Assembly: GCF_018350175.1 (NCBI RefSeq)
Contig: NC_058382.1
Location: 57,228,001 to 57,292,000 of the forward strand
DNA length: 64,000 bases
From: Felis catus
Taxonomy: Eukaryota
Direction of reading: 5' to 3'
Shown: positions 39,104 through 52,028 of the stretch, one piece after another
Numbering within the stretch: the stretch's first letter is position 1
How the letters are laid out: every line of letters starts with the position of its first letter
Made by a program: the position numbers and the translations under genes
The notes under the pieces: model-generated
What the model was told of the DNA's origin: nothing
Seen by the model: the letters and a program-made list of their open reading frames with translations, nothing else
Database searches by the model: none

Positions 39104-42100
39104 CGCGATGATGGATGAAGGAACGAATGAGTGACCACAGCCAGTCGCCTGAGTGAAAAGCATCATGTTGACAACTGTAGTTTTCTTTGGATGAAAAAGC
39201 TCTCAAGTGGAAAAAGAAATTATTTCCAGGGCCTGGGCCCACAGGAATACTGAATGGAAATGAAATGCTTTTTATGTCGGGCCGCTAGAGGAAGAGAAAC
39301 GGGTGATCTGTCCCCATCTCAACTTGCCTGTCCGGGCCCGGGCAGCTTTCTCCCTGGACCTCTGTCCGGTCTACCGAAGGGGTGGAGGCGGGAGGCGGGG
39401 AGGGGGCTGCTGAGGGCACGGAGTCCAGGGCGTCTGTGGCTCCACTTCGGCTGCGAACCCGTTGTCCCCCCCTGCACCACCTGGGGTTTGCTTCACAATC
39501 CTGGGAGTGCTCACGAGTTTTGGACCCTGACTCCCCAGGAGCTGCAGACTCGCTGTGTGACCTTGCAGCGGTCACTGCCCCTCTCTGTGCTTCAGTTTTC
39601 AAGAAGGAGCTCGGAACAGCAGCCGTGTTTCTCAAAGCCGATTCGGCACACCCTGCGTGGGAATCCCTCCAGGGGGCTTGTCGCAAATGCAGATTCTTGG
39701 GCTCTGGTCACAGAATCAAGCCCTGCGGTGCGGCCCAGGAGTCTGCACCTTGGCAAGCCCTCCAGGGGACCCAGGGGCACCTGGAAGTGTTTCAGACTCT
39801 GGGCCGGATTGTCTCCAAGAGGCTGCTTTTGTCGCTGACCCTTTGGGCGTTTCCCCCTTGGCACAGGGACTTCTGGTAGCCTGGGAATAACCCTTCCAGA
39901 CCGGGGACCCAACAGCTCAAGAAAGTGACTCTGGAGAGGTGGAGAAGCCTCTGTGGGCCCTCCCTCCGCCTCCGTGCTGGCGTTTGGCTATTCAAGGCAC
40001 GCACCCCCCACCTCCCTGCGGCCACCTCCCTGCACTGCAGCAAGCTGTCCTCAACTCTGCCTTGCACGGCTGCTCTGCCCAAACCCTCCCCGCACTGGGC
40101 CTCCAAGAAATGCCCCCCTGGCGGCGGGGATTTATGGGGCCTGAGCTGAGCAAGTAATTCCCAGGCCAGCCACGTTCGGAGAAAAATAGGAGGGAAATGA
40201 AAAAGTTACCTCTTCTCTCTCTCGGAGGAAGCTTCTGGTTGTATTTTGCAGGTAGGGTGAACAACGAATCCTGGTTTGCCCAGAACTTTGCGGACTTGAG
40301 CACAGAAAGTCCCAGGTCACCGGACCCCCCCCCCCCCGCCCCCCGCCGAGTCCCGCGCAAACCAGGACGACTGGTCACCCTCCTGCAGGGCCTCGTCTCT
40401 CGCTTTGGTTCCTCTACGCGGTGAAGAGGGTGAATCAGGCCTAATGGAGACCAGAGGGTGAGCCAGGCCACGCCGCGGGCGTTCACGCTCAGGATGTGGG
40501 GCCACAAGAGCCTGACGCAGAAGAACACGCCCTCGGCGTTTCCGTCTATGTGACATTCGAGGTGGTGGACAGAATCTCCGAAAGAGCGGCCACCTCTGGG
40601 TGGGGTGGGGACCGGCTGTGGGGGGACACGGGACAGCTCCCTGGGGAGATGGGCGCTGTGCTCGGGGAAGCGGGGTATGGGTCACACAGGTGTGCACTGG
40701 CTGTTCCTTGCACAGCTAAGGCCCGTGCGTCTCAGTGTATGTCCATTGGGCCTATAAGACTGCAAAGTAAAACCAAACGAACAGCAGCGAGAATCAGCGA
40801 TCGGGGTGGGCAGGGAGGGGAGAGAGAAGCCTGACTCCTCCGTGGAAACTGAGTCATGGGTCCGTGGGGGCCCAGCCTTACTCCACTTGCTTTGTAAGCG
40901 CCTGGCATTTTCCACCGCGAAAAGGCGAAGAACCGATCAGGGTCAGACATCAAAACCACAGTCGGATGGCAGTCCACACTCCGTGGGGAGGCGAGGGTTA
41001 TAAAGACAGGACAGAGCAAGGGCTGCTGAGGCTGTGAAGATGTCACAGGCTCTAGCGTTCCGGCTCAGCTGCTGGGAAAACGGGGGGGGGGTGGTCCCTC
41101 CAAAATGAAACACACGTTTGCTATCCGAGCTGCAATCCTGCTCGTGGGCAGACATCAGAAGGCACCGGAATATACCCAGCAGGCAAGCACCGGAAAATAT
41201 CTGCGTTATTCTGTAGCCCAGAGTGGAAACAGCATAAATGCCCGTCGGCTGACGGACGGATCCACAAAACGTGCTCTCTCCATACGACGGACTATCACTC
41301 AGCCCCGAAAAGGAACGAACTGCTGACAGCCTGGGTGAACCTTCACGGCCTCACGCGCCGTGAGAGAAGCCACACCCAAAAGCCCAGACGCCGCAGGGCT
41401 CTATTTCTGTGAAACGTCCAGAGAAGGCAAACGCAGGGAGACAGAAGGACATTCGTGGTCGCCAGGGGCTGGGAGGGCGGGGGAGACTTGGGGAGCCGCC
41501 GGAAGCAGGGACGGGGTTTCTTTGCGGGAGGATCCACATGCTCTGGGACAGTGACCGTTGCACAGCCATTGATGGGTGCACTTTAAAAGGGTGCATCTTG
41601 GGATGTGGACTATAATGGCTTCATAAAAAAGGAGGCAGGACCCGACCAGCTCCAGGCTCGAGCCGGAGCTGGTCGGGTCCTCTGGGCGAGCCACTGAGGG
41701 GTCCCACAACTTTGCCGCAAACCCTCTCCCCAAGCTTGGGAGCGGGGCTTCTGTAAAGGGCTCTGGGGTCAGAGGACGGCCAGGGCCTCCTGAGGGCAAG
41801 GCCACTGTCCCTGGGGGCCCATAAAGACAGGCTGCCCCGCAGATGCTTCAGGTGCAGGGACGGCCAGTTCCAGAAATTCCATCCGGGAGGGACCTGGGGC
41901 CCAGGGCTTGACCTTGGAGCTTTCCTCACACCCCGGGGCCTCAGAAATATGGCCCGAATTGGCCACCTCCTGCCTCCTGGTAGCTCGGTCCTGGCCCGCA
42001 TCCATACAGCAGCTCGAGCCTTCTCCCTTCTGCCTGTGAATTCCTCCACTTGTGCCCTGGCCTTGGCCTTGGGTCCGGGGCTGTTTCCTCGCCCTGCTGA

Positions 42101-45100
42101 CTCATTCTTCTTCCCGGCCTCTGCGCTTCCCCCGGGAGCCAGTTCGGTCTCTGCCCTCTCTCCCCTCCGTGATGCCCCTTCCTGACCCTCTCTCTCCTCC
42201 CCCATCCCAGCCGCCTTGCTCCCCAGCCCTGGGACACAGGGGCTCCGGAAGCGGGGGCCAGGGGGGCAGATGGGGGCCAGGGGCATGGAGACAGGCGAGC
42301 GTGACGAAACGGGAAGAATCAGCTGCAATGAGTCAGGAAAAGTGGGTCCTGCCCCGGAAACAGGGAATACTTCTTGCTGGCCCGGATACGGGGAGAGGGG
42401 AGAGGAGGCTGGGCGGGGAGGGGAATGAACCCCAAGCCCAAGAAGCTAGGGGAGGAAGAACTCCCCGGGGCAACCACCGAATGTCACCGAACACAGAGCA
42501 ACTGCTGAGAGCGAGGTGCCGTTTACGGAGCAGAGGCAGGATTCAAGAGAGGGGCAGGGGACGACGGGCCGCTGCGGCGTGGGTTCCACGGACCCGTGGG
42601 GAGGCTGGAGGGGTGTGTCAGCAAATGGTGGAGGAGACCGCGGACTATTACTGGGCCACGAGAAGCACGAGACAGCGACACAAGCTGCTGCGCGGACGGA
42701 CCCTGAGAACACCACGCTGAGTGACAGGCCGGTCACAAAAGGCCACATGGGCGTGACTCCACGTGCACTGAAATGTGTGTGGGGGGGGATTCCGTGGAGG
42801 CGGAAAGCGGAGGGGTGGTGGCGGGGGGGACTGGGGGTGGGGGAGGGCTGGGGAGGGAGCGGTGGAAAAGTGCTGGAACTTGGTGGACCCGGGGACCACA
42901 CAAGACCGTAAATGTACCAAGAAGGTAAATTTGCGTTCCTGCCTCCAGCACCTAGAAGAACGCAGTGTGTGGGCCCTCGGTAGCTTGTCGAAGGAATGGA
43001 AGGTCGGATGCTGGGATCTCCTGTCAAGTGTCTGCCACCGAGGGCTGATCAGACCAACATTTACTAAGCGCTTCTCAGGCACCGGCACCATTCCCCCTGC
43101 TTTAGGGACTCGGCTCAGCCTTCTTGTCTACCCTGCCTCCCCCTCTACCTCCCACCCCCACTTCCGTTTGAACTTGCGATCTCCAGGGCAGACCCCTCTC
43201 CCCAACTGCCAAGTTGACTCTAAGAGATTTTGCTGGAAGAAGGTAGAAGATAAAGCAAAAGGAAAAGCTGCTCCCCCCCCCCCCCCCGCCCGCCTCCCAG
43301 CCCTGCACAGAGCCTGATGGAGGAGGTCTGTGGGTCCCAGTCCTGGCACGTCTGTCCACTCATGTGGCGTTAATTCATCTGCGCAGATGTTGTCCCCCAG
43401 GACAGCATGGCCCCCAGGAGCAGCTGGCCAGCTAACCCTCCCCGAGGGTAAATACCAAATACCCAGGCGGTGGTGAAAAGAACATTATCTCCTTATGTAA
43501 ATGTAAGGACACGGCCTCGAAAAAACAAAGACAGCCTCCCCGGCCTCCCCGAGCTCCAAATTACTATCTTAACAGAGAAACAGGGGTGCCTGGGTGGCTC
43601 AGTCAGTTAAGCCTCTGACTTCAGCTCAGGTCACGATCTCGTGGCTTGTGAGTTCGAGCCCCGCGTTGGGCTCTGTGCTGACAGCTCGGAACCTGGAGCC
43701 TGCTTCAGATTCTGTCTCCCTCTCTCTCTCAACAATAAACAATCATTTGAAAAATAAAAGAAACAAAAAAAACACCCTTTTTTTGAGGGCAGCAAGCCCT
43801 CTTGCCCCAAGAGCAGAAGCAGCAGCCTGGCTCCTGAGCCCAGATGGGCGGTGGGAGGGGGCTGCTGGTCCTGCGGGCCTCCCAGCGACCTCTGATTTGA
43901 TCTCCTGAGTCCCCAACCAACCAAGCCTGGGTTCACACCCGGGGTAATTTTCAAAGCGTTAGGCTTTGAAAAGACCTCATCCCCCTGCCGGGGGTCTAAA
44001 ACCTGGCTTCCGGGGAAATCCCTGAGGAACAAGTTTATGGAAATCTAGGGGTCCTTTCTCAGCAGCTGGGATCAAGAGTACCCTTCTGAGGACAGGGGAC
44101 GGAGGCCACTTTTTTTGTCCTAATTTTGTACTGCAGCGTCTACGTGTAAATATTTCTGTGAACAAGCAGGCTCTAAAATCACATCATTTGGTGCTAACAA
44201 ATAAAACGATGTCTCTATTTGGAGCTATAGTCCTCCTCCCCCCACCCCTACCCCCCTGGGGGAGAAAAAAGCTATTTGAAAGTCAAAACGTTTTGCTTTA
44301 GGACAAAACATTTGCTTTAGGACAAAACATTTATCGGTTGCACAAGATACATGTTATTCAGCAAATATTTGAGAGCCTACTCTGTGTGAGGCAGGGGCTG
44401 GTTCTCCATCTAAGTCCTTTCTTTCTGGAAAGTTCTCTGATCCTACCAGATTGCCCTGGGCTATATCTTTAAGAGAAGTTTTGTACACGGACCACGGCTG
44501 TGGATACACAGGGTACATTATCTTATACGCGTGTTCTATTTATCAGTTCCCTGTATCTACCATAATGCAAGTTCCATAACTAGGGTAATGGGGAGCCATG
44601 GAGGAATGTAAGAGTAGAACAGGAACATTTTAAATTAGGAAACAATCCAGTTCTCAGTTTGAAGCTCTCTAGTAAACTTTCCAACAAAATATCGAATTCG
44701 CATCTCATTTCTCAGACTACCTGGCCCCCGGCAAGGAAGGAGGGGTGCAGAGTCACTTAGAAGTTTACTCAGCTCGGAGTTCCCCGTCCAGTGAGCCTGA
44801 GTGGGAGGCTCAGGGGCCAAGTAACAAGCGGGAAAACTAAGGGTCTTTGCTCTGTAACTCCAAGAAAGCTAAACGCCCCCTGCCTCACTTTCGCCACCTG
44901 AATGTGGAGCCGGGGTGCCCCCGAGGACTCTGGTTCCAGAAGGCAGGGATTTTTGGCCGGGGACAGCTCGTGGCACAGAGTAGCTGCTCAGTAAACACAT
45001 GACACGTGCACGGAGCGCGTGAACCCTCACAACGACGCGGCTCGCTTTACGGAGGGGGAAACTGAGGTTCAGAGAGGGGAACCAATTTGCCCGCGGTCAC

Positions 45101-46187
45101 GGAGCGGGGAGAGGCAAGCTGGGCCCGCCCGGCCCACACGAAGCCCAGGGGTGGCTTTGTCAACAGAGGCCACCAAGAGGCAGAGCCACCTCGTGACTTT
45201 TGCCGGCCTTAGGCTCTTCATGCGCCTTTTCCTCCAAAACAAAGCAAAACCAAAAACATCCCCAAACGTTCCCAAGGCATTGATCTAACCGGGCACACGC
45301 CCCCCGCCCCCCCCCCCCCCCCCCCCCCCCCCCGCTGGACAATAATCTCTTTCTCTGCTGTTTTAAAAGATACGGAGCCCAGTCCACGGGCCCTAAGCCT
45401 CTCGGGCCTGGAGGGGCCGGGGGCTGGGAGCACTCACCTTATCCTCCTCGGCCCTCACGTCGGGCATGGTGCTGACGCACAGGCTGACCGCCGTGGTGGC
45501 CACGAAGAGGATGGACAGACAGGCGAAGACCTTGCCGGGGAGCCCCGAGCGCGGGTTTTCCACCGTCTCCCGCAGCCAGTTCATGAAGACCCCCCAGCGC
45601 GACGGGTCCCCGGGGGGGCGCCGCGCCTCGCGCCGCAGGTGCAGCGCCTCCTGCTGGCGGAGCTCGCGCAGCTGCTCCAGCTTCCGGAGCAGCTCCAGCA
45701 GGCAGCAGGGCCGCAGGTGGGCCTCCTCGATCCCCCAGTAGGCCAGCTCCTCCCGGAAGGACAGCACGCACGTCTCCCGCAGCAGGGCCAGCCTGCCGGC
45801 CGCCAGGAAGCTCACGATCATGCCGAAAGCGCTGGGGCTGCGGTCGAAGAAGAACTCCCGGGTGGCTTCGTCGTAGTCGTCGCAGAGCTGCGCGATCTCC
45901 TCGTGGCTCCGGCAGAACTTGAGTTTGCTCAGGCGGCTCAGCGGAAACTCGTCCAGCGTGCTCCAGGGGAGCACGTACCGCCGGCCCCCGACGTTGACCA
46001 GGATCTCCTTCTCCAGGTCCGCCGCGGGGGAGGCGTCCAGCGCGCCCACCTTGCGGGCCCTGCGGTAGTAAAGCCCCTTAAGGGAGCGCGGCTGCATGGA
46101 GCCGGGCAGCGGCTGACCCAGGGGGCTGCAGGAGCCCCGGTGGCGGTGTCCAGGAGGCAGGCCCCTGGCCCTGAAGGGCATGGACAT
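37076..46187 (-). CDS. KCNG4: Potassium voltage-gated channel modifier subfamily G member 4 (Kv6.4); 2 coding exons, 506 aa
   Basis: T1 domain ILVNVGGRRY...FFFDRSP; S4 LRVLRALRILYVMRLARH; pore WWAIISMTTVGYGD; S6 AFPATSIF; N-terminal KGLYYRRARKVGAL typical of KCNG4; synteny with ADAD2. Confidence 0.96.
38738..38947 (-). mobile_element. Can-SINE inserted in a MER5-like element, KCNG4 intron
   Basis: Reverse SINE; TSD agaaattct. Confidence 0.9.
39060..39100. repeat. (CA)n microsatellite, about 20 units
   Basis: Directly visible. Confidence 0.97.
41020..41630 (+). mobile_element. Old L1MB-like 3' fragment
   Basis: gagagaagccacacccaaaag...tatttctgtgaaacgtccagagaaggcaaac...gtggtcgccaggggctggg. 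Confidence 0.7.
42640..42930 (+). mobile_element. Old L1M 3' fragment
   Basis: ccctgagaacaccacgctgagtgacaggcc...cacaaaaggccacat...ggtggaaaagtgctggaact. Confidence 0.6.
43582..43772 (+). mobile_element. Can-SINE
   Basis: ggggtgcctgggtggctcagtcagttaagc... Confidence 0.9.
45438..46187 (-). CDS. KCNG4: KCNG4 first coding exon (T1 domain and S1)
   Basis: ATG at 46187 (MSMPFR), probable acceptor cag| at 46201, donor AAG|gtgagt. Confidence 0.94.
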
Positions 46188-48477
46188 TGCTGGAGACGTC
46201 CTGCACCGGGTGGGGTGGGTGGGAAGGGGGAAGGTAAGACAAGAGGGAGAAATCAACCTCAGGGCGGGGTCCTCGACCGCCCGGATGCAGCTTCACCACT
46301 GCGTCTGCATGGTTCATTTTTCAAATCCTCCAACAGAGACTTACTGAGCACCTACTCTGTGCCCGGGACCCATCAGTGACCCAAGGAGATGATGACATCC
46401 CTTCCCAGGTCAGAGCTGTGCCCCTTCCAGGCTCTGTGGTCTTGGGCACGTGGCTTCACCTCTCCCATCTCACTCCACCCATGCCAGGCACAAGACTTGT
46501 ACCAATCTTAGGAGGTACAGCTGGTAAAATAGAGCTGAAGAGTGTAAGGGTGTCTCAAGTTCACTGCCAGGTTCTGGTCCCTTACGGACTGCTACAGCAG
46601 GTGGATTGCTCAGCCTCTCTGAGCCCTTTGCTTCGTCTGGACAGCTGGGGTAGTTTGAGTACCCCCACCTCACTGGGCACGGGGAGGGTTCCGTGCAGTG
46701 ATGTTCAGGAAGTGTTTATTCAGAACGCTTCTAGGCGCTTCTGAGGTGCCAGGCACCAATCGACACGCTTCCTCTATAGTAACGCATCTCAACAATTCCA
46801 CAAGGTAAACGATTCCCCATTTTACAGATGAGCAAACGGAGGCCCAGAAAGGTTCAGTAACACAGAATGTGACTGTGCTTAAGCCCAGCGTCTGACTCTC
46901 AGGAGCCGTGCCGCAATGGCCTCGTTTGCCTCTTCCTTTGGAGGACTTTTGCCACCAACGACAGCCCCCCTCCATGTTCCCCGGGGTGCTTGCCTCGGCC
47001 ACCCTTGCTGTGTGACCTTGAGCCACCCTTGCTGTGTGACCTTGACCCATTACTCCCCCTCTCTGTTCTCTGCGAAGCGAAGGGACGTCTAATGCGCGCT
47101 CCATCTCAGACCTATTCGAGGCGCTTGGCTTAGAATGAGGGCTTGAGATGTAACCCGTGCATTTAAAAAACCATCTCCGCCACCTCTCCCGGCCTCAGCG
47201 CCCTGCCGCCGTTCCCCACGCTCCCGCTTCTAGCCAGAGCTGTTTCCAGAGCGTCTACAACCTTACATTCCAAACCGCACTCCAGTCAAGACGAAAACTC
47301 GGCGGCTGAATGGAAACAAAAGTTGCTCTCAATTTCAGCGCCAGCTGGATTCGGGCAGGCAGCGAAGAGTTGAATCACAGCCTGTGCGTTTCACACTTGC
47401 TCACCACCCAGCGTTCTGTTACTCTGTATGCATTACTTCCTTTACGGCGTATGGCCAGAGGAAGGCGAGCAGCCTGCAGAGAGAACTATTTTGAAATCCG
47501 GGGAGTCCTTCCCAAGTGCTCTCCGTTTCCCCGTGCAAAACCCCAGATCCAGAGAGCCGAAGTGACTCATCCAAGGTCACAGAGCGAATCCAAGTCCAAC
47601 CCAGGACTCTTGTCTCCCAGCCTGGGGTGGGGTGGGGGGGCTCTTTCTAGACAACCCCCTCCCCCCCCCCAAAAAAAATCCTGCCCTGTCTGCATTCGCT
47701 GCACAAACCCAACTTTGCAATCCACTCCCCCCCCACCCATCCCAGCCGGCACTGTCCCGGGCAGGGAAAGGTATTCATTCAAAACAGCAGCGCTTTGGCC
47801 CAGAATGTCACACGTCCTGCAAGCCACCCCCCCCCCCACCCCTGCAGCAAACACTAACTTCTTCCCCCAAAGTTGAACTCACCTTCCTGTCTCTGGGAGC
47901 CCTTTTCCCCGCTCTCTCTCTACCTGGCAAGGGGAGCCCGTGTCCCGATGGCCAGGGAAGAGCCAGGTTTGTGGTGGAGATGAAGCAGAAGAAAAGAAAA
48001 ATCCCACACACGGCAGTCTCTGGCGGAGTTAGTTTCCAACCTCTCTTCCCTTGCCTCCTCCCGGAAGCGGAGGGACATTCATTCTGCACCTCTCTCTCCC
48101 GCAGCTGCAGAGCGGCCCTGGGGCGGTGGGCTGGGGCTTCTAGAAGGACCCAGAAGCCCCTTCCCCGGTGAGAGGTGGGAGTCCTAGGGGCTCGTGCTGG
48201 GAGCCAGCCAGCTGTCCTGCTTCAACGGCGGGCTCTGCACTCGGAGCCCCACGGGGACAGGCAGTGTGGTCCTGCAAGAGACGCGGGGGCGGGGGGGGGG
48301 GGACGGGAATGGCTTAGAAATAATCTCTCCATCACCAGGCTGCCGGAAGACACAGCAGCAACCACGGCTCTGCCAACTGCCTGGGAGGCGAGGAGAGCTG
48401 TCCTGCCCTCCCCTCCCAGGAGGGACAGAACCCGAAAAGAGCAGAGGGCAACTTGGGGCCGGGACGTCTGCACCTAC

Positions 48478-48640
48478 CTGCCCCGCAGCCTGGAGGCTCC
48501 TGGGGGTGGGGGTGGGGGCGCTGATGAGGGGGTGGCGCGCAGGTAAAGGCTGCGGGAGGAACCTACTGGTAAATCACGGGTCCGGGGACAGGTGGGGGCA
48601 GAGAAGCCCAGCGTCTGAGCGCCGGGTAGAAGCTGGCTGC
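48478..48640 (-). other. Candidate KCNG4 non-coding exon 1 / promoter region
   Basis: Good minus-strand donor CAG|gtaggt at 48477 in a GC/CpG-rich patch about 2.3 kb upstream of the first coding exon; 5' end is a guess. Confidence 0.35.
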
Positions 48641-49782
48641 GTGCTGGGCTAATGTGGAGTCACACGCGCCTGGGTCCCCACCTCCCATGTGGATGGCTGG
48701 CTGGCCTCCGGCAGGGGACTCAGCCCCTCCGAACCTCGCGGTCCTTGTTTGTAAGATGTATGGGGGTGTGGGGGTTCAGAGAGGTCACACCCCACAGCAG
48801 AGGCTCCCAGTGCGGTCTGGCTCCCCGGGGTGGGGGGTGGGGGGTAAAGAGGAAGTGGAACAAGCACCAGGCCAGGCGTCCTAGCCTCGGCTCTGCGCTC
48901 CCTCGCTGTGCGTCCTCGGTCGGTCTCTTCACCTCTCTGGGCCTCCGTGTTCTCCCTGGTCAGATGAGGGCAGTCAAAGCAGTGAGGGCTCGGACTGCCC
49001 AGCCGTCTTCTCCTGTAGGTGCTCAGTGTCCCCTGGCTCTTCTTAATTTTCTTAAGAGGTTCTCAGCCCCAGGCTCTTGGCTTCCAAAGGGGAGTTCCTC
49101 TCCGTTCCGTTTTGCAGACAAGGCTCGGAGGTGCGGGCAAGAGGTTTGCTCAAGGTCACCTTGCTGGTTGGAATCCGCACGTGGCAGAGACTTTGAGGTC
49201 TGATCAAGGGTTCTGGAGGGGGGAGGGTCTGAGCGCGGGCCTTTCATGGCTGCCCGGTGGGGGGTGGCGGCAGCAGCCGCGGGCCTCAGCGTGCTCTCCG
49301 TGGCCTTGGCCGTGGGGGTAAGTCCCGGCAGGAGCAGAGGAGCCAGAGGGACAGAGGTGGTCTAGGGTCGTGGCTTTTAGATCGCACTGTGTGAAACCCA
49401 AGCGTTCTGTAGACGCGATCACGGGGCCTGGAACGAGGGTGACAAAGGGTAGGACGCAGGGATGGGGCTCCCTGCCTCAGTGTGACAGCTCCACTGTCAG
49501 TATGTAAGTGGGACTCCCAACACGCCAGGGCCCCAGGGGCCCATCTTCACACTCAGCCCACTGGAGGAGAGCCCAGGGCCCCTGTTAGAGATGGGCACGC
49601 TCTCCCCTCTCCCCCTGACTCCCCAGTTCTCAGACCCCAGGGCCGCCCCAACACCTCTCATAAACCAGACTCCGAAAGGATCTTTCCAGCTCATGCTGGT
49701 TTTCCCCCCTTCTCTCTCTGTCTCCCCACGTCCCCTGACTCTGTTATTGATCTCACCCTACCCTCCGGCCACTTGCCCCCCA

Positions 49783-49970
49783 TTTTGGGACAGAGAGAGA
49801 CAGAGCATGAACGGGGGAGGGGCAGAGAGAGAGGGAGACACAGACTCGGAAGTAGGCTCCAGGCTCTGAGCCATCAGCCCAGAGCCCGACACGGGGCTCG
49901 AACTCACGGACCGCGAGATCGTGACCTGGCTGAAGTCGGACGCTTAACCGACTGCGCCACCCAGGCGCCC
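49783..49970 (-). mobile_element. Young SINEC_Fc lacking most of its A tail
   Basis: Near-consensus reverse SINE beginning abruptly at ttttgggacagag. Confidence 0.9.
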
Positions 49971-51581
49971 CGGAAAGGAGTTTTAAAGGAAAAGCAGAAA
50001 GGGAACGATCTAGTCCGAGCCTCTGATAAGTCGTAGAGGGGGCGAGGGGAGGACTGTCTGAGCTCTTGCGGGCCCGTCAGTGGCAGAGCGGGGCTCAGTT
50101 GGGACTCACACTCCAGTGCTCTTCCCACAGCCCCAGTGTGTTCGTTCTCTCAGCACTGCTACTCTGCCCAGGCTAGAGGACTTTGACTTTAGCCTGGTGC
50201 CCAGGCCCAGCAGCCCCTGCCTCAGGGCATTTGCACGCGTCTCGGTAAAGTTCCAGTCACCTTTTAACTTAACGCCACTGCCTTCCTGCCCCTCTGTTCC
50301 TCTCCGTTGTGTCCACTCAACCCCTGCTAACCAGGGAAGGTAGCCTGGCCCCAGCCTCTCCAGCATCCTGCAGGTCTCGGATGCAGGACCACCTATGGTA
50401 GCCTGTCCTCTCTCGTCTGAAGGACCGTGGCCTGCCGGGCATAAGCGATGGGCCGCCGTGACCATGGATGAGTGAGTCCCCCCAGGGCCTCTGTAACCAA
50501 ACAGACAAGCACCGTGGCCTAAAACAACACAAACGTATTATGTTGCGGTCCTGGAGGCTGGGAGTCCAAAACGGGTCTTAAGGGGGGCTAAAAACAACGT
50601 GCCGTCAGGCCCGCCTTCCTGCTGGGGGTGATCGGGGAGAAGATTTAAAAAAATGTGTCTTAGGTTAAATTAACAGGCATCCTGGTACCAGGGGGGAGGA
50701 GAAGCCAGCCTGGAAGAGATTATATATCAGACCCGGCGACGAGGTGTTACGGGCGTGAACAAGGCAGTGGCTGCGGGGCCGGTGGAGTAGCCGGAATGGA
50801 CAGGAGGACCCATATGGAAGGTGCTGGGCGAACAGCAGCTGGGGGACCCTGTTTCAGCCGCAGCCACACCCTACCAGGGAGATCTGGTTAGCAGCCAAGG
50901 CCATGGACCCCGCTGGAGTGACCTGATCACCATCTCTGGGCCACTGGGGCCATTCAGCATGACCTCATCGGGGAAATCGAGGCAGCTCCGGATTTTGATC
51001 ATGGACTCTCATTCACACGAGCACGCGCAGATCTTTGGCGGCCAAGAGTCCCAAAGGCAAGGTGGCTCCGGGAGCAGGTGGATGTCACAAGGGAGGCCAG
51101 CTGGGCGCTGTGGGTGGGGCCACCCCGCCCGACTCACAAAGGTGAAATGTAGGTCCAGCATTGAGTATCTTTACATTTTTGAAAGAAGAGCCGCCACCCT
51201 GACTTTTGTGCTAAATCCCTCAAATTCTAAATGTTGCCAACTAACTCGGAAACGTATGAAGCACCGCGGAGCAAGGCCCGTGCCCGTCTGATGATCCAGC
51301 AATTCCAATCCTAGGGATACCCCGAGGACAGCATAAATGCTCGCTCACCGAAGGGCACGGCGGGTGGGAAGGCTGGTCACAGCGCTGTTTCAGCGGGCCC
51401 AGGATCCATGAGAGAGCACAGCGCGTGTTCGCACAAGAGAATACCAGACCGCCATGGGCATGCACACACAGGACCATTGGCAGCCACTCGAAGAACCTCG
51501 GTCGTTATGTGGAGTGAAGGCCACAGAAACAGCCGACACAGCATGGCTCCATCGGTAGAAAATTTAAAACCGGGGGGGGGG

Positions 51582-51757
51582 GGGGGCCTGGGCAGCTCCG
51601 CAGGTGGGGCGTCCGACTCTTGATTTCAGCTCAGGTCATGATGTCACGGTTTCGTGGGTTCGAGCCCCGTGTCGGGCTCTGTGCTGACGGCTCGGAGCCT
51701 GGAGCCCGCTTCGGATTCTGTGTCTCCCTCTGTCTCTCTGCCCCTCCCCCGCTCGGA

Positions 51758-51807
<50 letters not shown>

Positions 51808-51812
51808 AATAA
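51582..51812 (+). mobile_element. Can-SINE with long (CT)n
   Basis: SINE body, (CT) about 20 units, aaaataaac. Confidence 0.88.
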
Positions 51813-52028
51813 ACTTTTTTTTTAACGTTTATTTTTATTTTTGAGACAGAGAGAGACAGAGCATGAACAGGAGAGGGGCAGAGAGAGAGGGAGACACAGA
51901 ATCTGAAACAGGCTCCAGGCTCCGAGCCATCAGCCCAGAGCCTGACGCGGGGCTCGAACTCCCGGACCGCGGGATCGTGACCTGAGCCCAAGTCGGACGC
52001 TTAACCGACCGAGCCCCCCAGGTGCCCC
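51813..52028 (-). mobile_element. Can-SINE inserted inverted into the tail of the previous SINE
   Basis: Reverse SINE; aataaac on both sides. Confidence 0.9.
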
